Assembly: GCA_030747675.1 (NCBI GenBank)
Contig: JASLKH010000066.1
Coordinates: forward strand, 1-33,148
Direction of reading: 5' to 3'
DNA length: 33,148 nt
Source: Candidatus Thalassarchaeaceae archaeon
GTDB taxonomy: Archaea; Thermoplasmatota; Poseidoniia; Poseidoniales; Thalassarchaeaceae
The translations under genes and the position numbers were made by a program. This document shows positions 25,835 to 33,148 of this stretch, piece by piece (position 1 is the stretch's first letter; each line of letters begins with the position of its first letter). The notes under the pieces are model-generated. The model ran no database searches. It was not told where the DNA came from and was given only the letters and a program-made list of their open reading frames with translations.

Positions 25835-28185
25835 TGTTCCACCTCGGTGTCATCTGGTACCATCATTCTTTCTAACATTCTACCAAACCAGCCAGGCTCT
25901 CCTTCATGCTCATGCAAACTCATGTCTAGTACAGGTGGGTTGTCAGGATCATGAGATGGAGTTGGAGGTGGACTTGAAGTCATCCATTCCATTGACCAGC
26001 CACCCCATGGGTTGTCTGGAGCTTTTGCTCCACGTAGTGAACTACTGAGCATATTGTAAACCAATATCAGATTGCTCGCAAAGAAACAGAACGCTGCAAT
26101 GGTAATCATCATGTTCCAATCTGCTGCTTCTGGTGGCAGTGCATCATACATATCTGTGGTGAGGAAGTATGTGTGCTGCCTTCGAGGCATACCCCATATT
26201 CCAAGACGATGCATTGGCCAAAAGATGAGATTGTATGAAATAAATCCAGTAACGAAGTGGATGATGCCCAATTTTTCATCTAACATTCTTCCAGTTGCTT
26301 TCGGGAACCAATAATATATTCCTGAATATATTCCGAACACAATACCTCCAACGAAAACATAGTGGAAGTGGGCGACTACGAAATAAGTTTCATGCAAATG
26401 TAAATCCATAGCAATGGAAGGGAAATACATTCCAGAGATTCCACCTAAGGTGAATGTTACTAAGAATCCTAAAGCCCACAAGGTATGTGTTCGATAGACT
26501 AAACTCCCACCATGCATCGTTTGTAGCCAGTTGAAGACCTTAATTCCGGTTGGAACTGCTACAAGCATAGTTGTCAGCATAGTGACGAATCGGAGTGTAG
26601 GGTCCATACCACTGGTGAACATGTGATGTCCATAAACGATGAAACCAAGAATACCAATACCTGCAAGAGCAAATACCATTGATTTGTATCCAAATACTGT
26701 CTTGCGAGCACTGGTAGAGATGACTTCTGAAATAATACCAAAAGCGGGAACAACAACAACATACACTTCTGGGTGACCAAAATACCAGAATAGATGACTC
26801 CAAAGTAGAGGGTCACCTCCACCGGCGACTTCGTAAAATGTAGTTCCTATTGTCCTATCAAGGAATACCTGAATTAGTCCAATTCCGAAAGCGGGAATTG
26901 AGATAAAGAGCATCAGAACAGAGATAAATATTGACCAACTGAATAGAGGCATTTGCATCCAACCCATACCCGGGGCTCGCATTGTGGCAAATGTAGTCAT
27001 GAAATTGACACCTGCTACGGTGGATGATGCTACTGCCAATATTTGTCCTGCAACCCACATAGTCGCTCCAGAGTGGGCTGTATTGGATACAATATAAGGT
27101 GCATATCCCGTCCACCCTGTATCTGCTGCTTGGCCTGAGAATATACCTGTGAAAATGAGGAGTGCCGCAGCGGGATTTAACCAGAATGCCAGTGCATTCA
27201 ATCTTGGAAGTGCTAAGTCATGCGCACCGATTTGTAGTGGTACAATCCAGTTTCCTAGACCTGCAATCATTGGCATAGCTGCAAGGAAAATCATGACAGT
27301 TCCATGCATTGTAAAGAATTGATTATACTCATCAGTAGTCAAGAAGTCATTTCCAGGGGTTGCTAATTGGATTCTAAAAATTAATGCAAATAATCCACCA
27401 ACACCAAGGAAAAATAAACCGTTAATGAAATACAAAGTTCCTACCTTTTTGTGATCGGTACTTGTCAACCAATCTGAAATCCAAGGCCAGAAATTGTCCC
27501 ATGTGAATGCATCAGGGTCCCGCCGGTAGAATACCCACAATAAGCATGATGACGTGATAACAACCATCAATAAAATAGCACTACCAAGGACAACTAAACC
27601 CCGTGCTTGTTCAATTGGTTGCTCTCCAATCGTGATGTCAATTTTGTTCCATTGATCCTCACCAGAAGCTTTGTGGTCACCATTTACTGAGTTGATGTGA
27701 AGAACAAACTTCACTCCACCTGAATCAGGCGCAGTCCATTCAACAGTCCAATTGGATTGATCATTTCCTGAATTTGTATCAGGAGTTGATGCGCCATTGT
27801 GTGTCAAACTACCATCAGGATTCATTTTAACCAGGTTTGAGTCAAGGATTGCAAAAGTTCCCGCACTTGCCCATAGATTGAAACCTGCTACAGCACTGGG
27901 TTCTGCAACAGTATCTGCACGTGAGTCAGTGAATGATATATCGAGAGTGTAAGTTTCACTTGCATTGAAGTAGATATTGCCAGAAGCATCAACAGGCAGC
28001 CCTTCTAAACTTGGTGCAACATCATCACTAGCTGAGGTGCTGTGACAATAACAGCCAGCATCTTTGATGGATTGATAAGGAATCCCAGTTGGTGAAGAAA
28101 ATGCATTAGGTGCAATTGCTATAGCAAAAAGTAAAACCCCAATAATTGCAATTGTGCGCGGTTTTTTCAAAGACTTAAACATCAT
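25831..28185 (-). CDS. coxA: Cytochrome c oxidase subunit I (A1 type) with N-terminal signal peptide, Reeler-like domain and extra TM
   Basis: TDHKKVG, FTMHG, D-channel AHDLALPRLN, FGHPEVY (A1-type Glu and cross-link Tyr), YGHHMF, K-channel PTGIK and AHFHY. Start at 28185 follows the SD-like GAGGTG. Confidence 0.95.
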   Translation of the reverse strand: MMFKSLKKPRTIAIIGVLLFAIAIAPNAFSSPTGIPYQSIKDAGCYCHSTSASDDVAPSLEGLPVDASGNIYFNASETYTLDISFTDSRADTVAEPSAVAGFNLWASAGTFAILDSNLVKMNPDGSLTHNGASTPDTNSGNDQSNWTVEWTAPDSGGVKFVLHINSVNGDHKASGEDQWNKIDITIGEQPIEQARGLVVLGSAILLMVVITSSCLLWVFYRRDPDAFTWDNFWPWISDWLTSTDHKKVGTLYFINGLFFLGVGGLFALIFRIQLATPGNDFLTTDEYNQFFTMHGTVMIFLAAMPMIAGLGNWIVPLQIGAHDLALPRLNALAFWLNPAAALLIFTGIFSGQAADTGWTGYAPYIVSNTAHSGATMWVAGQILAVASSTVAGVNFMTTFATMRAPGMGWMQMPLFSWSIFISVLMLFISIPAFGIGLIQVFLDRTIGTTFYEVAGGGDPLLWSHLFWYFGHPEVYVVVVPAFGIISEVISTSARKTVFGYKSMVFALAGIGILGFIVYGHHMFTSGMDPTLRFVTMLTTMLVAVPTGIKVFNWLQTMHGGSLVYRTHTLWALGFLVTFTLGGISGMYFPSIAMDLHLHETYFVVAHFHYVFVGGIVFGIYSGIYYWFPKATGRMLDEKLGIIHFVTGFISYNLIFWPMHRLGIWGMPRRQHTYFLTTDMYDALPPEAADWNMMITIAAFCFFASNLILVYNMLSSSLRGAKAPDNPWGGWSMEWMTSSPPPTPSHDPDNPPVLDMSLHEHEGEPGWFGRMLERMMVPDDTEVEQ

Positions 28186-28192
28186 TTCCACC

Positions 28193-28840
28193 TCAAGCAT
28201 GTACCTCTATAATTGCGGTCATGTACCCATGGTCATCTCCACAGTATTCTGCACAGTAAAGTAAGTTTGTTCCGATTTCATCAGTGCTGGGGGTGTAATA
28301 CATTCGAGTCTCTTGCCCAGGTAGAGCATCTTCTTTAATACCCCAATCAACAAAGAAAGGTGAGTGTGTCACATCTTCAGAGTATAGTATGAACGTATAG
28401 GATTCCCCCGCCTTTAAACTTAGAATCACGTTTGATCTTCCTTCTACATCCATGGTTTGACTACTATCACAAATGTCAGTGTTATTTACTTCTGAACAGT
28501 CAAAACTCCAACTCCATTGGGAAGCAGTAATTGTGACAATATGTGCATCTTCATCCTCAGTCCATATTTCATCAAGAGGACCCCATGAAATGAATGTGAG
28601 ATAAACAATGAGAATGAATGGGACAACAGTCCAAGTGACTTCCAATTTCAAATCGTCATTTTCAACAGGAAATACCCCTGGAGTCAGGTTGTCAATATTG
28701 TTATCCGAACCATCCTTAGAGCGGTATTTTAAGGAGTGATGAAACAACCATGAAAATGTGAAAATACCGACTAAAATAGCCCATAGCGTGAATTCATCAA
28801 ATAGGTCATTGAAGATGTCGCCTCCTGCCTTCATTACCAT
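28193..28840 (-). CDS. coxB: Cytochrome c oxidase subunit II (CuA), without a fused heme c domain
   Basis: Two TM helices, LEVTWTVVP, ASQWSW, DVTHS and CuA motif CAEYCGDDHGYM; no CxxCH. Confidence 0.93.
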   Translation of the reverse strand: MVMKAGGDIFNDLFDEFTLWAILVGIFTFSWLFHHSLKYRSKDGSDNNIDNLTPGVFPVENDDLKLEVTWTVVPFILIVYLTFISWGPLDEIWTEDEDAHIVTITASQWSWSFDCSEVNNTDICDSSQTMDVEGRSNVILSLKAGESYTFILYSEDVTHSPFFVDWGIKEDALPGQETRMYYTPSTDEIGTNLLYCAEYCGDDHGYMTAIIEVHA

Positions 28841-28882
28841 TCCTCAGGCTGCCCGGCGCGAGGACGCTATATGAGAGTTGTC

Positions 28883-28904
28883 TGCCCCCCCGTAGGGGGG
28901 GGCA
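28883..28904. promoter_or_regulatory. GC-rich inverted repeat TGCCCCCCC-GTAG-GGGGGGGCA in the divergent cox/DUF167 intergenic region
   Basis: 9-bp perfect stem with a 4-nt loop, about 45 nt upstream of the coxB start. Confidence 0.45.
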
Positions 28905-28996
28905 CTGTATCGCATCTCTTACAAATTACCAGTAATAATTGCTTTACGACCCATCTAGCGATTTCCTCAAGCACCTTCTGTTGTATTGAAGCGATC

Positions 28997-29320
28997 ATGC
29001 GAGACCAATTCATTGGCATCATTCGCGAAGTCGGAGAGGATATTTTTCTCGCAATAGAAGTTCAACCAGCATCGAAAAGAAACAATATTGAAGGTATTAA
29101 TATGTGGCGTAAGAGATTACAAATCGCAGTTAAATCCTTGCCACAAAAAGGAGCTGCAAATGAGGAAGTTTGTGCATTGATTTCAGAAAAATGGGGTATA
29201 TCTTTTTCCTTGGTGAGTATAGAAAGAGGTCACAAATCACGTCAAAAAACAGTGCGTATTAAACAAATTTCACTGGATGAAATTACGTTACATCTTGAGC
29301 AGTTAGCGGGTGTAAATTAA
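28997..29320 (+). CDS. DUF167 (YggU/UPF0235) family protein
   Basis: AIEVQPASKRNNIEG, IAVKSLPQKGAANEE and SIERGHKSRQKTV. ATG at 28997 is preferred to 28871. Confidence 0.85.
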   Translation: MRDQFIGIIREVGEDIFLAIEVQPASKRNNIEGINMWRKRLQIAVKSLPQKGAANEEVCALISEKWGISFSLVSIERGHKSRQKTVRIKQISLDEITLHLEQLAGVN

Positions 29321-29800
29321 ATGGAAAAGAGAAAGCTTCCAGGTGTGGCTGATGTGGAAGCGCGGTATACCCTTGCAGGACGTGCTTTAGGGGAAGCGAG
29401 AATCCGAAATAGGCCTTTAGAAAAAGGTGGGTGTAATTGTCCGATTTTAGTCGAAGGGCGACGGGATAGGGTGACATTAGAAGCAATGAATTTTTCAGGA
29501 CCCATTGAATTAGTCAATAGGGGTTGGGATCAATCAAGATTGGTTGCATATTTGTTTGAGAAGTATGGAAAAATCAATCCCGTGGATGGGGGTACATCTC
29601 TTATTTTGTTGATGGATTGGGACCGTACAGGGGGTAGACTTCAACGCGGGGTAGGTAACCGATTAGAAGCATTTGGAATGCAAGTGGACCAGGAAACACG
29701 TCAAATATTGTTGCGTTCAATGAAGCCAGAGGGAAGAACAGTAGAGTCATTGAAGCCTCACGTAGAAAAATTAATTCCATACATTGATGCGATTGATTGA
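29321..29800 (+). CDS. Small stand-alone Toprim domain protein (archaeal UPF0292/RNase M5-like)
   Basis: ILVEGRRD and LLMDWDRTG (DxD) Toprim motifs; directly abuts the upstream stop (TAAATG). Confidence 0.85.
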   Translation: MEKRKLPGVADVEARYTLAGRALGEARIRNRPLEKGGCNCPILVEGRRDRVTLEAMNFSGPIELVNRGWDQSRLVAYLFEKYGKINPVDGGTSLILLMDWDRTGGRLQRGVGNRLEAFGMQVDQETRQILLRSMKPEGRTVESLKPHVEKLIPYIDAID

Positions 29801-29810
29801 ATTAGTCTAG

Positions 29811-32714
29811 TTATACAATACGAATTACCGCTCGAATTTTTAATTCACCAGATAAATTGTTTTGAATATCATCTAATTCCATCAATCGTCTTGCTAAATC
29901 ATCATGGAGTCGGGAAATGAGGCCATTCTTCATTCGAATCCAACGTGGATCTGGCACGCCACCATCTTGCTGTGTTCTCCACTCAGCTTCTGCTAGTTGC
30001 CCCATCTCTCTTTGGATTCGAGCATTCCATGCTTGTTCGGCATTAATGCGTAATTCATCCATTAAAGGAATTAATCGCTGATTTTCAGCGTTTAATAGTG
30101 CTAATTTGATAGGTTCTGTCAGAGATTCTAGATTCATCATTTGTTCATCAATTTCTGCTTGTTCTATCAACAGAAGTGGTTTTGCTCCGTAATCGTTTAG
30201 AGGAACGCCTGCAGCATCTAGATACAGCCATCTACGTACTGTTGTTTTGGTTAAACCGTTGACTGTCCAATCTATACATATACACCAGATGGAATTAAGA
30301 GGCGTAGAATCTATTCTAGGACTCTTTAGATTGTACAGAACTGGGTCTTTATTTTCATCAATAATCCATCTAACCAATGGATGATAAGGCGTTAAAAATA
30401 TATGCGCATGCTCTTTATTTCTCGCAATTTCCCGTTCAAATATCACATGAAACCAATGTGGTCCTGAACTGTTACTTGTTTTTCGAATTAATTCACTCCA
30501 TCCAACAGTGTCTTGATCATTTTTCATTTCATCCGAAACACGTTCTGCGAGAATTTGAACGATAGAATCATCTAAACGCAACATCCAGATCCCATCATCA
30601 CTGGCTTGATGTATTTGAGCAAGGTCACCAAGATGATACATAATCCATTCTCTTAATTGGGTTGATGTTACTCCCAATGAATGCTTTTTGATGGAATTTC
30701 GCAAGGCAGCAATTCCCGGATCAGGCCCAATCCATTCTCGTTCATCTACAGATCTTTCATTCAACCACATCTCTCTCTTATCAAGTAATGTTAGAACATT
30801 AGAATTGTCATCTTCAACATCTTCTGCAAGAATCATTTCAGGTCTTACTGGAGTACCTGCAACTCTATTTAACTCAGTTCTTGCAACCATTCGCATTGCT
30901 TGTCCAAGAAGAGGATCAAGCATACCTAGAGCATCTTCAAAGATTCGAATTCTGTGATACAAACGATGTAAAATTGCAGCATCAATTGTACCTTCCACAG
31001 CAAGGTTGAGGATTTCAATTTCTTCTGCAGTTTGACCAAATCGATCTAGTCTTCCAATGCGTTGCTCAATCCGCATAGGATTCCATGGAAGATCATAATT
31101 TACCAAACGGTGGCAGTGTTGTTGATCCAAACCCTCACTACCAACTTCACTTGAGAGAAGAATGTCAATTTCTCCGGTTCTGAATCTTTCTCTAATATTG
31201 TCTCGTTCATTCATATTGGTCCTTCCAGTGATTATTTCACTATTGAAACCGGCTGCATTCAGCCGTTCGTGTAAATGCTCAAGTGTAGCATGGAAATGGC
31301 TGAATAGAAGAATTCCACCCTCATCATCAGATTCTAAACTAGTGGTTAACCAAGCTTCAAATGCTTCATATTTTGAATCTGTAGCACCTAATGATTCAGC
31401 AGCTTCTATGAGTTCTGAAAGGTTGCCTAACCTTCTCAACATTCGAATTTCAACATCACCTAAATCGACATTTTCATCAAATTCAATATCTGTATTTTCC
31501 TCAAAATCTTCTCTTGCTTGGGTTCGAAGTTGTCTTAGCACATGTCGAGCAAATGCTGGTAGACACGATGAGGCCATTCGTTCAGGTACGATTAGTGCCC
31601 AATCGAAGACATAGCCCTCAGGATGTCTCATCTGTACAAGAGTTCTAGCCCATCGCCGTGCGGCTTCGTATAATCTCCATTCTTCAGTGCTTAATTGTAC
31701 ATCCAATGTAACAGCTTTGCGACTTGCGATGTGCCAATCTAAATCTCTCTTTCTAGTTCTTACCAATAAATCATTTAGAGGTCGAAGAGAACGAACCAAA
31801 TCTGCAAGTTTCTGCCGAGAATTTTCCAGACGATTTAATTGCCATTCATTTTCATTTAATGCCAACTCAATCGCTTTTTCTAAACGAGGGTCTCCAGTAA
31901 AACCAATAGTTTGTTCAAGTGCCCGAAAACGATCGATTGCTCGTGGTAAATTCGGCGTTGATTGTGCAATTCCATCGAGAACATCATTCAACATTCTTGT
32001 GGGCCCCATCGTGCGATGAAATTGTTCTATTGTAGGCCAACGATCAGGTGCAATCAAACTTAGTTGCACCCACAGTTCATCATCTCTAAGGTTTACAGGG
32101 GTCGCAGTCATTAAAACACACTTTTTGCTGCGCATTGCAAGTAATTGTACAGCATCATGTAACCGACTTCGAGGATTGCGGCAATGGTGTGCTTCATCAA
32201 TGATAGTTAGCATTGTTTCTGGCATTATTTCCATCAACCGTTCAAGTGTATTTGCTCGCCTTAGAATACCATGGCTAACAATAATTACACGTGGTTCACC
32301 ATTTGCAATTCTTTCGACAATAGAGAGTAATCTTCGTCCACTATCTGCAACGATTGCATCAATATCTCCACGATGGTGTAATTCTTGTTTCCATTTTGAT
32401 TTTAATGACCCTGGGCATGCAATAATCACGGCACCATTTTCGCCGATTGCGTGTAGTCTTCTTAGGATCCTGATTGCTGAGATAGTTTTTCCCAACCCCA
32501 CTTCATCAGCAATCAACAATCCACGCCATGGAGATCCAGCTAATTTAGCGGCAGGAAGGTGTTGGTGTGGTTGATCTTGCCACCTTCCAAACGCATGCAG
32601 TGGGGCGAAATCAGTGGTTGGATGAAGCAAATTCAGATTCACCCACCTTAGAGCGGGATTAATTCTACGAACGACTTCGTGCCCAGCCTCTTCAGTGGCG
32701 CCTGATGTGGTCAT
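29811..32714 (-). CDS. SWI2/SNF2 family helicase/ATPase (RapA/HepA-like core) with C-terminal helical region
   Basis: IADEVGLGKT, IIDEAHH, MTATP, LLVRTRK, LLFSHF, SEVGSEGLD and YDLPWNPMRIEQRIGRLDR. Confidence 0.92.
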   Translation of the reverse strand: MTTSGATEEAGHEVVRRINPALRWVNLNLLHPTTDFAPLHAFGRWQDQPHQHLPAAKLAGSPWRGLLIADEVGLGKTISAIRILRRLHAIGENGAVIIACPGSLKSKWKQELHHRGDIDAIVADSGRRLLSIVERIANGEPRVIIVSHGILRRANTLERLMEIMPETMLTIIDEAHHCRNPRSRLHDAVQLLAMRSKKCVLMTATPVNLRDDELWVQLSLIAPDRWPTIEQFHRTMGPTRMLNDVLDGIAQSTPNLPRAIDRFRALEQTIGFTGDPRLEKAIELALNENEWQLNRLENSRQKLADLVRSLRPLNDLLVRTRKRDLDWHIASRKAVTLDVQLSTEEWRLYEAARRWARTLVQMRHPEGYVFDWALIVPERMASSCLPAFARHVLRQLRTQAREDFEENTDIEFDENVDLGDVEIRMLRRLGNLSELIEAAESLGATDSKYEAFEAWLTTSLESDDEGGILLFSHFHATLEHLHERLNAAGFNSEIITGRTNMNERDNIRERFRTGEIDILLSSEVGSEGLDQQHCHRLVNYDLPWNPMRIEQRIGRLDRFGQTAEEIEILNLAVEGTIDAAILHRLYHRIRIFEDALGMLDPLLGQAMRMVARTELNRVAGTPVRPEMILAEDVEDDNSNVLTLLDKREMWLNERSVDEREWIGPDPGIAALRNSIKKHSLGVTSTQLREWIMYHLGDLAQIHQASDDGIWMLRLDDSIVQILAERVSDEMKNDQDTVGWSELIRKTSNSSGPHWFHVIFEREIARNKEHAHIFLTPYHPLVRWIIDENKDPVLYNLKSPRIDSTPLNSIWCICIDWTVNGLTKTTVRRWLYLDAAGVPLNDYGAKPLLLIEQAEIDEQMMNLESLTEPIKLALLNAENQRLIPLMDELRINAEQAWNARIQREMGQLAEAEWRTQQDGGVPDPRWIRMKNGLISRLHDDLARRLMELDDIQNNLSGELKIRAVIRIV

Positions 32715-32768
32715 ATTTTCCTACGGTAACGCCGACGTTCTTGAAGACTCGGCTGGGGATGCCCATAA

Positions 32769-33148
32769 TCAGGGAATTCCAACACCATCTTGTTTGACAG
32801 TGTTGAGAACGACATGTGTGACTGTTCTGATAATCCCCTCAGATGAAAGAATTGTTTTTGATAAGTCATCCAAATGTGCTCGGTTCCGTACACGAGCTAA
32901 TACCATTGAGTCGAATTCACCAGTTACATCGTAAATCCCGAAAACTCTTTCGTCTTCAGCAATCCTTCTTTGTACCTCCATCAATTGACCCTTTTCGATT
33001 CGTAATCCACATAAAACAGTCATATTCCAACCTACTTTATCAGCATCAATTTTAACTTGATAACCTCTTATAACACAATGTTATTCCATTCGCTTTACAC
33101 GATTTGAAACATTACCATGTGCAACACCTACTTGCTCTGCAATAGACC
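32769..33148 (-). CDS. Lrp/AsnC family transcriptional regulator, 5'-truncated by the window edge, with an in-frame TAA at 33083-33081
   Basis: Manual translation: SIAEQVGVAHGNVSNRVKRME*HCVIRGYQVKIDADKVGW...IYDVTGEFDSMV...RTVTHVVLNTVK. The HTH and AsnC ligand-binding domains are in the same frame across the stop. Confidence 0.8.

Noticed and set aside
28841-28864. TCCTC/GAGGA inverted repeat that could hide the coxB ribosome-binding site
   Set aside because: Only a 5-bp stem with a 14-nt loop, and one arm probably lies upstream of the transcription start.
32125-32574. Plus-strand ORFs of 110-150 aa within 30688-32574
   Set aside because: All are antisense to the conserved SNF2 helicase motifs.

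Overview
A compact, roughly 40% GC archaeal core-genome segment. The gene content and protein style (archaeal FEN1, Trm11, Toprim and Lrp mixed with bacterial-type AceE, RibD and YaaA, plus acidic signal-peptide and lipobox surface proteins) suggest Marine Group II Euryarchaeota (Poseidoniales); this assignment is inference. The window holds about 27 CDSs (one partial at each end) and two tRNAs (Arg-TCG, Ser-TGA). I found no CRISPR array, integrase or transposase. The most unusual part is a minus-strand A1-type heme-copper oxidase cluster (coxB-coxA-coxC-coxD-tRNA-Ser-sco-yaaA). Its subunit I carries an exported Reeler-like domain with a contracted CYCH motif. Its SCO copper chaperone is split by a ~300-aa insert containing His-rich linkers, a DUF4430/transcobalamin-C-like domain and four copies of an unrecognised C-Y-N-x3-H-x9/10-C repeat. 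Other points of interest: a short Hc1-like protein followed by a perfect 14-bp hairpin, a 1084-aa thioredoxin-like/cadherin-like surface protein with a palindrome over its start region, a translationally coupled Zn-ribbon/GNAT/deacetylase trio, a divergent DAG-kinase-family enzyme, and an Lrp gene with an in-frame stop at the window edge. All family assignments come from motif recognition by eye; no database searches were run.
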